The position numbers and the translations under genes were made by a program. Positions 8,909-17,711 of a DNA stretch of 64,000 nucleotides are shown here, in pieces (position 1 is the first letter of the stretch; every line of letters starts with the position of its first letter). The DNA is from Alphaproteobacteria bacterium (GTDB lineage: Bacteria > Pseudomonadota > Alphaproteobacteria > Rs-D84), in contig JAFQOQ010000021.1 of the NCBI GenBank assembly GCA_017403085.1, positions 4,193 through 68,192 on the forward strand, given 5' to 3'. The notes beneath the pieces were generated by a model. The model saw nothing but the letters and a program-made list of their open reading frames with translations, did not search any database and was not told where the DNA came from.

Positions 8909-10210
8909 ATGAAAAAATTCTTTATCCAAACCTTTGGTTGCCAAATGAATGTCTATGACGGGTGGCGAATCGCCGCGATGCTGACGCATCATGGTCTGAC
9001 CCAAACAGACAATATTCCTGACGCAGACATCATAATTTTAAACACATGCGCAGTTCGCGCCAAAGCAACAGATAAAGTATTTTCTGCCCTGGGGCGTATT
9101 CGTCGCGCGAAAAAGCCATCTGCCCTATTTGGTATTGTTGGCTGTGTCGCACGCGAAGCCGGCAGTGATGCATTTCGTCGCATCCCTGATTTAAATTTTG
9201 TATTGGGCCCACAAAGCTATCATAAATTACCAGAAATATTAAAAGACCCAGATACAAAATTATTAAACATTGATTTAGGTGGCTTGGAAAAATTTGATGA
9301 ATTACCACAAATGACACACAGTCCATCTGTCGCATACATTCCAATCCAAGAAGGCTGTAATCACGTCTGTACATATTGTATCGTGCCATATACCCGTGGC
9401 CGCGAATTATCGCGCCCATACGCCGACGTTATTCGCGATACAATTCATGCTGCAAAAACGGGCGCAATTGAAATCTGCTTTTTGGGTCAAAATGTTAATG
9501 GATATAAATACACAGATGAAAACGGTAAATTATTCCGTCTATCAGACTTAATACGTGAAACCGCAAAAATCCCAGAAATCATGCGCATACGTTTCACATC
9601 CAGTTATCCAACAGAAATGACAGACGACCTGATTGATATGTTTAAAAGCGAACAAAAATTGTTGCCATTTTTAAACATGCCAATCCAAAGTGGCGCGCAA
9701 AATGTTTTAAAACGCATGAACCGACCATACAGTCTGGAACTATATTGCGACATTATTCATAAGTTAAAAATCGCCCGCCCAGACATTCAAATATCATCTG
9801 ATTTTATTGTTGGGTTCCCTGGCGAAACGGACGAAGATTTTGAACAAACAATGAAAATTGCCGAACAAATAAAATACATTAATTCATATTCGTTTAAATA
9901 CTCGCCACGCCCACACACCGCTGCGGCATTAATGCCTGACCAAATTCCAGAAAACATAAAATCAGAACGTCTGGCAAAATTAGATTCATATTTAAACAGC
10001 GTACAACGCGCCTTCAACGAATCGTGCATTGACAAAACACTTGAATGCCTACTCGAAGGCCCTGATAAAACTGGCAAACACTTGGTCTATCGAACGCCGT
10101 ACATGCAGCAATGCATCGTCCCAACACCAACTGACGGCACCGCCCCAAAATTGGCACAAATCAAAATAACTGCTGCAAACAAGGCGTCCCTACGTGGCAC
10201 CTTAGAATAA
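8909..10210 (+). CDS. miaB: tRNA-2-methylthio-N6-dimethylallyladenosine synthase MiaB
   Basis: N-terminus MKKFFIQTFGCQMNVYD, radical-SAM CNHVCTYCIVP, C-terminal TRAM region. The ATG at 8909 is preferred over the longer track ORF. Confidence 0.9.
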   Translation: MKKFFIQTFGCQMNVYDGWRIAAMLTHHGLTQTDNIPDADIIILNTCAVRAKATDKVFSALGRIRRAKKPSALFGIVGCVAREAGSDAFRRIPDLNFVLGPQSYHKLPEILKDPDTKLLNIDLGGLEKFDELPQMTHSPSVAYIPIQEGCNHVCTYCIVPYTRGRELSRPYADVIRDTIHAAKTGAIEICFLGQNVNGYKYTDENGKLFRLSDLIRETAKIPEIMRIRFTSSYPTEMTDDLIDMFKSEQKLLPFLNMPIQSGAQNVLKRMNRPYSLELYCDIIHKLKIARPDIQISSDFIVGFPGETDEDFEQTMKIAEQIKYINSYSFKYSPRPHTAAALMPDQIPENIKSERLAKLDSYLNSVQRAFNESCIDKTLECLLEGPDKTGKHLVYRTPYMQQCIVPTPTDGTAPKLAQIKITAANKASLRGTLE

Positions 10211-11755
10211 CAAACGCAAATCAAAGCCCGCTTTGTATGACGTCAGTTCATTATCAATTATCGTTGCAATACTAATCGCGCCAGAAATCATATCCGCATC
10301 AGAACCTGCGCTCATACGAATCGCCACGGTTGTACGATTATCCGTATCGACATCAACATGCAATCCATACCGATACCCAATCCCCAGCACCCGCACCGGA
10401 TGAAAATCTAAATCCGCGCCAATATAAAAATTCATGAAATTATCAGTTTCATATTCAATACCAACATTCATCATACGAAATCCAACACTTGGCAGAAACG
10501 ATATATCACGACCTAGATCCAATTCATATCCACCATCAATTACACCATAAAAGATATCGCCCTGTGGATTATCAATTATTTTTCCATCACCAACCAAATA
10601 CACATAATCAAATTCCGTCATATTTACCCCGGCGCGCGCCCGAACAAACATGCCATTATCGTCCCTGTACCCTGCCCCGATATTAAGTCCATAAAACACT
10701 GCTGAATATTCGTCTGTATCTGACTTATAATCAACCGCCCCAATTTCACCACCAAATGACAAATATAATTTGTCCATAAATATACTTGTAATTTCTGCCT
10801 CTATCCCCATTACAGAATAATCATCACCTGCAACACCAACCGGCCGCACAGATAACGCAGCATCATCCGTCCCCAGATTCAACATATCAAACCGCACAAC
10901 GTCTATCACGGGACGCATCATTTCCATTGGATTAAAACGTGCAGACCGATTGATAATTTCACGAATTTCTGATACCGAATTTGCACTATCTATTTTATTC
11001 AGCAACGGATCCCCACCTGCCCGCATAGCATTCAAAATCGCACCAACATCATCGCCCAATATTTTTGAATAATCCGTCACACGTTCGCGCCGCACATACA
11101 AACTGCCGTCTTCTATATAACCAACATTTGAATACAACAGATTATCTGAATTATCAACCAACACGACCCGACCATCACCAGAAACGTTATTTAAAATTGC
11201 ACTATCATAATAATTTGAGAAATCATCTGAAATAATTTTAACTTCACCATTCAGCACAATATTCGTCATACTGCGTGCCATTAACATATGTGTATCCAAA
11301 TACAATATCGCTTCATCTAAAACAACCTTGTCTGCTGCACTTGCCACATCCATAACATGCCGCATGGATAATATCCTGCCTTCAGATTGCACTAAAACAT
11401 TATATCCACCATCTACGTTCAAAAATGTTAAATCATCTGCATCACGAACAATTTGATTAAGTCTGGCCCCATCTCCCAGATAAATCGTCCCATGCATATC
11501 GCCACTGTTAATTATATTTAATGCGCCCATATCGCACACATATACATCAGACAAAACGCGACCATGATTTTCAATGGTAATTGGGGCATTTACATATAAA
11601 TTCTTCACCGCAACAGTTGCATTATCGCTTATGACAATATTTTCTGTAATTGTCTTGGACGCGCCATATAAATTCGAATCGACGACCGTGGCCGATGCCC
11701 CACAGAATCCGCCAACAACAAACATTAAAAATATACAAAATTTCTTTATCCCCAT
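10202..11755 (-). CDS. Autotransporter-like outer membrane protein
   Basis: Signal peptide (MGIKKFCIFLMFVVGGFCGASA), a ~250-aa passenger-like region, and a C-terminal region with alternating beta-strand pattern ending in RLLF. Confidence 0.6.
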   Translation of the reverse strand: MGIKKFCIFLMFVVGGFCGASATVVDSNLYGASKTITENIVISDNATVAVKNLYVNAPITIENHGRVLSDVYVCDMGALNIINSGDMHGTIYLGDGARLNQIVRDADDLTFLNVDGGYNVLVQSEGRILSMRHVMDVASAADKVVLDEAILYLDTHMLMARSMTNIVLNGEVKIISDDFSNYYDSAILNNVSGDGRVVLVDNSDNLLYSNVGYIEDGSLYVRRERVTDYSKILGDDVGAILNAMRAGGDPLLNKIDSANSVSEIREIINRSARFNPMEMMRPVIDVVRFDMLNLGTDDAALSVRPVGVAGDDYSVMGIEAEITSIFMDKLYLSFGGEIGAVDYKSDTDEYSAVFYGLNIGAGYRDDNGMFVRARAGVNMTEFDYVYLVGDGKIIDNPQGDIFYGVIDGGYELDLGRDISFLPSVGFRMMNVGIEYETDNFMNFYIGADLDFHPVRVLGIGYRYGLHVDVDTDNRTTVAIRMSAGSDADMISGAISIATIIDNELTSYKAGFDLRLLF

Positions 11756-11800
11756 GTATAAAACCTACACTAGCACATAGGATAAAATTCTTAAAGACAA

Positions 11801-11836
11801 AAACAAAAAAATCACCCCGATTTTCATCGGGATGAC
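11801..11836 (-). terminator. Intrinsic terminator of the SodC-like gene
   Basis: Hairpin 11812-11836 (TCACCCCGAT / ATCGGGATGA, one G.U on the minus strand), with the A-rich run AAACAAAAAA at 11801-11810 on the plus strand. Confidence 0.5.
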
Positions 11837-11861
11837 CTTGGCATCCACAATTGTGGTTATA

Positions 11862-12416
11862 TTATTTTTCTAATTTACCCCAACCGGCTTTATATCCACC
11901 GTCACGTTCCAGATAGATATTTGCACCTTCTAATTGCGCAGCGGTCAATCCTTGAATCATATATGTCTGATTTAACTTACCACTGATACCTGTCTGCAAT
12001 GTTGGCAATTTAACATTCATTGCAGATTTAGAGCAGCAATTTGCGTCATTATAGCAATTTCCACATTGGTACAAACGTACTGTATATGGTACGCCCGCGC
12101 GCAAATCTTTCAAATCAACAACCATTTTCAGGCCATTGTCTGTTTCATGGAATTTGATATGTCCCATTTTAGATTCGCCGCCACGACTGCTGTGCGTATA
12201 CATTTTTGCATAGACTTTATTTACATCTGCGTTTTCATAGGTCTGATAAACAACAATCGTATCCGATTCGACAACCTCAACCGGCTGTGCTACATGTCTT
12301 GGTGCCTTTTTATGCATATGTTTGTTATGCGTTGCGTCACAAACACAGCCAGACAATACGGCAGCCACACCTAAAACAGACATAACTGCGAACATTTTTT
12401 TCATTAAGTTTTTCAT
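11862..12416 (-). CDS. Lipoprotein with a Cu/Zn-superoxide-dismutase-like (SodC-like) domain that appears to lack the metal-ligand histidines
   Basis: Lipobox LSGC. GHIKFHETDNGLKMVVDLKDLRAGVPYTVRLYQCGNC and IYLERDGG...AGWGKL align by eye to SodC blocks, but the H-x-H ligands are absent. Confidence 0.45.
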   Translation of the reverse strand: MKNLMKKMFAVMSVLGVAAVLSGCVCDATHNKHMHKKAPRHVAQPVEVVESDTIVVYQTYENADVNKVYAKMYTHSSRGGESKMGHIKFHETDNGLKMVVDLKDLRAGVPYTVRLYQCGNCYNDANCCSKSAMNVKLPTLQTGISGKLNQTYMIQGLTAAQLEGANIYLERDGGYKAGWGKLEK

Positions 12417-12451
12417 AAAGGTCTCCTTTTTTCCTTATGGTTACAACACAT

Positions 12452-12495
12452 ATTCTATATCATTTTTATACATTTTTCGCCAGGTTTGAATCCCT
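12452..12495 (-). promoter_or_regulatory. Candidate promoter: AGGGATTCAAACCT-N24-TAGAAT (minus-strand reading)
   Basis: The same 14-mer (one difference) with identical 24-nt spacing to TAGAAT recurs upstream of the OMP gene at 14279-14322. Confidence 0.35.
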
Positions 12496-12605
12496 AGGAT
12501 TTCCCAGAAATCATGCGTATAGCACATTTACTTTCTATCCTATAACAACACATAAAAAATCATGATAATTTAATCAACGTACAACATAAACCAAAGGAAC
12601 AAAAT

Positions 12606-12962
12606 ATGTACGAATTGATGCAACATTTAATCGCATTTAAATATGCATGTAAGATAAATCATTGGGCAACTGACAATTACTCTGCGCACTTATTATATGA
12701 CAGATTATCCGAAGATATCGACGATTGGACAGACCGTATCGCAGAATGTTATTTTATGGCATCCGATAATAAAAAAGTATTTAACGCTGACATACTAAAC
12801 CCAAAATACGTCAATCGAAACCTGGTAAAATCATGCGAAAAAATCATATCACATCTGGAAGAATTACAAAATGATGGTGAAACAAACGAAGGATTAAACT
12901 CATTATTAAGCGCAATCGAAGAAGGCTTTTTAAACAAACTGGCACTGGCAAAACTATCATAA
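12606..12962 (+). CDS. Small ferritin/Dps-like four-helix protein (tentative)
   Basis: 118 aa. The pattern INHWATDNYSAHLLYDRLSEDIDDWTDRIAECY resembles the Dps block 'HW.v.G..F..lH..f.e.....D.iAER'. Confidence 0.4.
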   Translation: MYELMQHLIAFKYACKINHWATDNYSAHLLYDRLSEDIDDWTDRIAECYFMASDNKKVFNADILNPKYVNRNLVKSCEKIISHLEELQNDGETNEGLNSLLSAIEEGFLNKLALAKLS

Positions 12963-12994
12963 AAAACATCCCCACAAAAGTGGGGATTTATTAT
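12961..12994. terminator. Bidirectional intrinsic terminator
   Basis: ATCCCCAC-AAAA-GTGGGGAT (12968-12987), flanked by an A-run upstream and a T-rich run downstream, between convergent genes. Confidence 0.6.
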
Positions 12995-13443
12995 TTTGCA
13001 ACATTTAATTTATGCGCAAATATCGTGCGCCATTTTGCTAATACAAACAATCCAAATGGCAATGCGACACCAATCTGCAATAACAATGCCGCAATATAAT
13101 TACGTGGCAATGCCATCAAATATTGTACTGCACGTGGCGCAAATCCTGTTTCTATAACTGGCGCCAAACCCGTCAAAATTGCCGCCATAAATCCCACACG
13201 AATAAACGGCATATATTTATAAATATTATATTTTGCAACAATGCGTTTAACTATCGGCCCAACAATAAAGAAATCTAATGAAAATGCAGTGACATAAATC
13301 GGCCCCAGCGCAGACAAAAAGTTATCCCACGTCAAATGCCCATACACCCACAGATTCATTGTCATCATTCCCAGAACCATTGTTGTACAATTTGGAATTG
13401 CAGAAATCAATGCTTCCAATAAATTTTGCGGATATTTATTCAT
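12991..13443 (-). CDS. Hypothetical membrane protein
   Basis: 150 aa from the ATG at 13443, which has a strong SD (GGAGGAAG). Four hydrophobic segments. Confidence 0.6.
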   Translation of the reverse strand: MNKYPQNLLEALISAIPNCTTMVLGMMTMNLWVYGHLTWDNFLSALGPIYVTAFSLDFFIVGPIVKRIVAKYNIYKYMPFIRVGFMAAILTGLAPVIETGFAPRAVQYLMALPRNYIAALLLQIGVALPFGLFVLAKWRTIFAHKLNVAK

Positions 13444-13579
13444 TTTACTTCCTCCATAAAAAAACAGTGTCTGCAACTGGACTTATGTGTGCAAACACTG
13501 CGCGTTGTTAATCTTAGTTATTATTTTTTGTGCGACGCAGATTATAATTTTTTTATTTTTTGGGGTCAAGTTTTTTACA

Positions 13580-13604
13580 AAAAAATGCCCCACAAGTGGG
13601 GCAT
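13580..13604 (-). terminator. Intrinsic terminator of the OMP gene
   Basis: ATGCCCCA-CAAG-TGGGGCAT hairpin with a plus-strand A-run, which is a minus-strand U-run after the hairpin. Confidence 0.6.
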
Positions 13605-13608
13605 TTTA

Positions 13609-14226
13609 TTAGAACATAAATCTAATACCGACGTCACCGCCAAAGTTATGCAACCCTGAATTGATATCAATGTATGTATAACGTGCTGCGACATCAACCG
13701 CAAAGCGTTCCATATCAAACGTCATACCCAACGAACCCTGGGCTGCGAAACGCGTTTCGTCCTTGCTTTTACGATCAATCAAGCTGCCAGATCGTTCAAC
13801 ATCTGTCATTGCGATACCCGCACCGACACCTACGAATGGACGTACAATTTTATATGAACCGAATTCCATAAATGTATTCCACAACAATGTTTGCATTTTT
13901 GCTTCTACATCAACTGTACCTACTCCTGTGCCAAAATCTTGCGAGTCAGATAATTTACCAAAATAAGACCATTCGATTTCAGAACGTACTTTATCGCATA
14001 CTTCTAAACCTAATGCGGCACGACCCTGGAATATAAAATCGGTCATAGATTCTTTATTACCGTTAAAGTTATAGTTCAGGTTTGAATAGCTCATACCGCC
14101 ACGCAGGCCAATGTATGGATCCAAGCCCCACATTTGCCAACTACTGCCTTGGTCAGGATGATTCATCCCAGCGAATGCAGGACACGCAATCAGCACGGCC
14201 AGTGTTGAAATTGCTAACTTTTTCAT
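13609..14226 (-). CDS. Small outer-membrane beta-barrel protein (OmpA-like/OMP_b-brl type, about 8 strands)
   Basis: Signal peptide MKKLAISTLAVLIACPAFA, alternating aromatic/hydrophobic strands, terminal IRFMF, SD AAGGAG. Confidence 0.75.
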   Translation of the reverse strand: MKKLAISTLAVLIACPAFAGMNHPDQGSSWQMWGLDPYIGLRGGMSYSNLNYNFNGNKESMTDFIFQGRAALGLEVCDKVRSEIEWSYFGKLSDSQDFGTGVGTVDVEAKMQTLLWNTFMEFGSYKIVRPFVGVGAGIAMTDVERSGSLIDRKSKDETRFAAQGSLGMTFDMERFAVDVAARYTYIDINSGLHNFGGDVGIRFMF

Positions 14227-14278
14227 TTCTTCTCCTTTTGTGTTTTTGTTTTCATCAAAGTTTCATGTCAGCATTTTA

Positions 14279-14322
14279 ATTCTATCAATCCACAATCAAC
14301 ATTTGCATAGGTATGAATCCCT
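14279..14322 (-). promoter_or_regulatory. Candidate promoter: AGGGATTCATACCT-N24-TAGAAT (minus-strand reading)
   Basis: Second instance of the motif and spacing seen at 12452-12495, upstream of the OMP gene. Confidence 0.35.
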
Positions 14323-14346
14323 GTTTAAAATTCACAAAACAAACAA

Positions 14347-14396
14347 AAAAAAACGACCACTTTCGTGGCCGTTATTTCTGGTGGACGCGCAGGGAC
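14347..14396 (-). repeat. Perfect 50-bp direct repeat of the tRNA-Lys 3' end (19 nt including CCA) plus its terminator
   Basis: 14347-14396 is identical to 14528-14577 (AAAAAACGACCACTTTCGTGGCCGTTATTTCTGGTGGACGCGCAGGGACT). Confidence 0.9.
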
Positions 14397-14527
14397 TGTA
14401 TATTCCCATGTTCGTCTTCGCTCCATGGGCCCCTTTCACTACGTATGGCGCGAACTTCGCACATGCTTGTTCTTGCCAACTGACGTTCCGAACCCTTTTA
14501 GGTTCTCGTCCGCTATGTCCATACCAT

Positions 14528-14551
14528 AAAAAACGACCACTTTCGTGGCCG
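14528..14551 (-). terminator. Intrinsic terminator of tRNA-Lys
   Basis: The minus strand reads CGGCCAC-GAAA-GTGGTCG followed by a T-run. Confidence 0.65.
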
Positions 14552-14558
14552 TTATTTC

Positions 14559-14634
14559 TGGTGGACGCGCAGGGACTCGAACCCTGGACCCACTGATTAA
14601 GAGTCAGTTGCTCTACCAACTGAGCTACGCATCC
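14559..14634 (-). tRNA. tRNA-Lys (anticodon CUU)
   Basis: The reverse complement reads GGATGCGTAGCTCAGTTGGTAGAGCAACTGACTCTTAATCAGTGGGTCCAGGGTTCGAGTCCCTGCGCGTCCACCA. Anticodon loop is CTCTTAA. Confidence 0.9.
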
Positions 14635-14664
14635 AGAACTGATTCTTTTCACAAGACGGGGCTA

Positions 14665-14693
14665 ATTATAGACATTTTTCTACGAAATGCAAG
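14665..14693 (-). promoter_or_regulatory. Sigma70-like promoter for tRNA-Lys
   Basis: The minus strand reads CTTGCA-N17-TATAAT, about 30 nt upstream of the tRNA 5' end. Confidence 0.45.
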
Positions 14694-14917
14694 TTTTTAT
14701 AATTATCAATCTAAAAATTACATATTGGGCTATCTACTATCATAAACGCCCCCAGTGCATCATAATACGTACCCGACACTAAATAACAATCAGCCTCAGA
14801 CGTCGATCCCTCTGGGGCCAACACGTGATTATATTGTTGCACCAATTTTGTCCGCGCACTATCAAGATATATATTATCCTGCAACGAACAAAACAGATTT
14901 ATATATTCCCATACGCC

Positions 14918-16072
14918 CTATTTCTTTAAATATTGTGACGGATTATACGCCTTGGTTCCCTTGCGAATTTCAAAGTGCAATTGCGGTGTATCAACCTTGC
15001 CAGTACTACCAATCGTTCCAATTTTTTGCCCGACATTAACCTTTGCGCCACGTCGCACCGTCATTGAATCCAGATGCGCATACACCGTCATCCAACCATC
15101 CGAGTGTTGAATAATAATCAAATTTCCCATACCTTTTACTTCATTACCTGCATATGCCACAACACCATTTTCTGCCGCCACAACCGCCGTTCCGCGCTTT
15201 GCAGCAATATTAACCCCATCATTAAACAACCCATTAGATTTTGCCCCATAATCAGACAAAACCTTGCCACGCACAGGCCAACTAAACTTAGATGACGATC
15301 GCGCACCAATCTTTGGCAATTTTTTACTTGGGTCTGACGATATTTTTTCCTTTGGCTTTGCAATTTGCGTCTTCTTTGCTGACGTCGCAGGCGCACTTGT
15401 TGTCGTCGCTTTTTTAGCCGATTGCGCCACACCCGATTGCTTCACTTTGCTATTTACAGATGAAGGTTGCATCGCATTTTGCAAATCTGGCACGCGTATT
15501 TTTTGCCCAACAGACAAATTAAACGGCGCAGACAGATTATTCATCACCGCCAAATCATTAACAGGCACTGCATACTTTCGCGATAATGAATATAGCGTAT
15601 CCCCAGACGCCACAGTCACTTCACGCAGGGCCACACGTTTTGTTGCCTGAACACCTGCATTTGGTTTATTAATCGCCAACACATCATCATGCGCCACATT
15701 GGCCACTGTCCCATAACCACCATATGTTGGCACCGTTAAATAATCTGCTTCATCTGTACCAGATGTCACATCCGCATCTACTGCATCATCTGTCACTTGT
15801 GGTGGCACAACATAATCATCAACACTGGCATACATTACATATTCATCAGTCGCATTAAATGTCCCGTATAAATCAGGCGACGCATATAATCCATAGTCAG
15901 TTGCCGCAGAATTATAAATCTCTGGCTGGGTATTAGGGTCCGCCAACAATGCCGGATAACGCTGTGAAATAAACTGACCGACATCATCTGGCAATGACAA
16001 AATACGTGGCTGCAAATCACACGCCACCATCAACAACGACAGACCAGAAAAAATCCAAACGAAATTTTTCAC
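14918..16072 (-). CDS. nlpD: NlpD-like lipoprotein with a LysM domain and a degenerate LytM (M23) domain; likely a murein hydrolase activator
   Basis: Lipobox LMVAC. LysM block VTVASGDTLYSLSRKYAVPVNDLAVMNNL. M23 core present, but the HxxxD position reads NDGVN and HxH reads QLH. The start is a GTG. Confidence 0.8.
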   Translation of the reverse strand: MKNFVWIFSGLSLLMVACDLQPRILSLPDDVGQFISQRYPALLADPNTQPEIYNSAATDYGLYASPDLYGTFNATDEYVMYASVDDYVVPPQVTDDAVDADVTSGTDEADYLTVPTYGGYGTVANVAHDDVLAINKPNAGVQATKRVALREVTVASGDTLYSLSRKYAVPVNDLAVMNNLSAPFNLSVGQKIRVPDLQNAMQPSSVNSKVKQSGVAQSAKKATTTSAPATSAKKTQIAKPKEKISSDPSKKLPKIGARSSSKFSWPVRGKVLSDYGAKSNGLFNDGVNIAAKRGTAVVAAENGVVAYAGNEVKGMGNLIIIQHSDGWMTVYAHLDSMTVRRGAKVNVGQKIGTIGSTGKVDTPQLHFEIRKGTKAYNPSQYLKK

Positions 16073-16092
16073 AAACTTATTATATCACAAAA

Positions 16093-16800
16093 TCATTCGT
16101 GACGCATAAATAAAATACTAAATTCAAACAACAACCACATTGGCAATGCCAACAAAATTTGTGACACAACATCTGGGGGCGTCAAGACTGCTGCAACTAT
16201 AACAATTCCAACAATTGCATACCTGCGAAATTTTACAACACGGGTACGGGGCAATATCCCAAGTCTGTTTAACAACACTAAAACCAGCGGCAATTGAAAT
16301 GCGATTCCAAAAATTTTCAGCATACCAATTGCCAAAGACAAATAATCACGTGCCGCAGGCAACATCACACTTGGCACTGGCGCGCCCTGATTCAAATCTA
16401 CAAAGAATTTAAACACAATTGGTAATAATACCCAAAACGCAAACGCCGCCCCCATCAAGAATAAAATTGGCGACATAACTAACATTGGCCAAATAAATTT
16501 GCGTTCATTGTTTTTAAGTCCTGGTGCAATCCATGCCCATATATGCCACAGCAACACCGGCAACATAACAAATAATGCAAATAATCCCGCCAACGAAAAC
16601 TGTATCATCAACCCATCAGACAGCCCCGCATATAGCAACGCCCCGTCACGCCACACACCCAACAAAGGCATCGTCAAAAACAGTTGTAATTGTGGGGCAA
16701 TAAACCACCCGCATATAAATGCCAGCACACCAATTAACAACGCCCATAACATACGTCTGCGCAATTCTGAAAAATGCTGAACCAGTGTCATATTTTTCAT
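16093..16800 (-). CDS. tatC: Twin-arginine translocase subunit TatC
   Basis: 235 aa, 6 TM, N-terminus LVQHFSELRRRM. ATGA overlap with tatB. Confidence 0.9.
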   Translation of the reverse strand: MKNMTLVQHFSELRRRMLWALLIGVLAFICGWFIAPQLQLFLTMPLLGVWRDGALLYAGLSDGLMIQFSLAGLFALFVMLPVLLWHIWAWIAPGLKNNERKFIWPMLVMSPILFLMGAAFAFWVLLPIVFKFFVDLNQGAPVPSVMLPAARDYLSLAIGMLKIFGIAFQLPLVLVLLNRLGILPRTRVVKFRRYAIVGIVIVAAVLTPPDVVSQILLALPMWLLFEFSILFMRHE

Positions 16801-17093
16801 TTTTTAGCCGCCTTTTTCTTAACGGCACGCGCCCGCTTTGCTTTTGGGATTACTGTTGAAAATTCCGCCAGAACATCATCGGTCGTTGCATGAATAATTT
16901 CATCAATTGGCTGTTCCAAATCTATCTGATTACGAATATTTTCTGACGCATCTGTTATTTTCCATATTAGGCGCCGCACAAATTTAACCACCTGGGCCAA
17001 GAAACGCGCAACATCCGGCCACATCCGCGCAGGCAATACCAATATTGCCACAATCAATATCACTAAAAATTCAGTCCAACTAATTCCAAACAT
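16797..17093 (-). CDS. tatB: Twin-arginine translocase subunit TatB
   Basis: MFGISWTEFLVILIVAILVLPARMWPDVAR is a TatA/B-type N-terminus. At 98 aa and directly upstream of tatC it fits TatB. Confidence 0.75.
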   Translation of the reverse strand: MFGISWTEFLVILIVAILVLPARMWPDVARFLAQVVKFVRRLIWKITDASENIRNQIDLEQPIDEIIHATTDDVLAEFSTVIPKAKRARAVKKKAAKK

Positions 17094-17095
17094 TT

Positions 17096-17707
17096 TTAAT
17101 CATAATAATCGTCGCCACCATTGGTGCTAACTGTTTTATGTCGCCCAATCTGGAAATAATCTTTTCCAAAATTTGTTTTTTCCTTTAATCCCCGAAATGC
17201 AACATCTGTCGTGGCGCCTGTTGCATCAACAACCGTCCAAGAACTAAGTTTTACGGGGCTTTTATCAAAAACCACCACCATATACCCCAGTCCTTCTTGA
17301 CCACGCAGATTCATTTGCAAAGAAAAAGAATTTTTATATTCATTTGTTTCAACAACGGCGATATCTGCATTTTTCAAATCAACATTTTTACGAATCAGAA
17401 TTCCTGCCGGCGTACTGGTAATTGGTACTGTTGTAATTTGATCCAACGATTTATCAAAGAAATATAAATCTTTACCATCCGCAATCAACTGCACAGGCAT
17501 ATTTTTATAATCCAATCTAACCCGCCCTGGCCGCAACATCGCGAACACACCATCTTGCTGTTTGCCATTTGCAGTTTGAACAAAATCACCACTTAGACCC
17601 GTTATGGAATTTAAATATTTTTCTGCCTTATCGACCAGTGCATTATCAACGGCGGCGTTTGCCACACTACACAACAAAACAGCAAATATTACAAATAATT
17701 TTTTCAT
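17096..17707 (-). CDS. lolA: Outer-membrane lipoprotein carrier protein LolA
   Basis: Signal peptide from the ATG at 17707. LolA blocks GDFVQT...GVFAMLRPGRVRLDY...LIADGKDLYFFD. Confidence 0.75.
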   Translation of the reverse strand: MKKLFVIFAVLLCSVANAAVDNALVDKAEKYLNSITGLSGDFVQTANGKQQDGVFAMLRPGRVRLDYKNMPVQLIADGKDLYFFDKSLDQITTVPITSTPAGILIRKNVDLKNADIAVVETNEYKNSFSLQMNLRGQEGLGYMVVVFDKSPVKLSSWTVVDATGATTDVAFRGLKEKTNFGKDYFQIGRHKTVSTNGGDDYYD

Positions 17708-17711
17708 ATCC

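Noticed and set aside
14378-14527. Possibility that the CCA-ending structured segment downstream of tRNA-Lys is a (two-piece) tmRNA.
   Set aside because: There is no GGGGCUGA...GGAUUCGAC 5' motif, no G3:U70 alanine identity pair, no tag reading frame, and the acceptor end is identical to tRNA-Lys.
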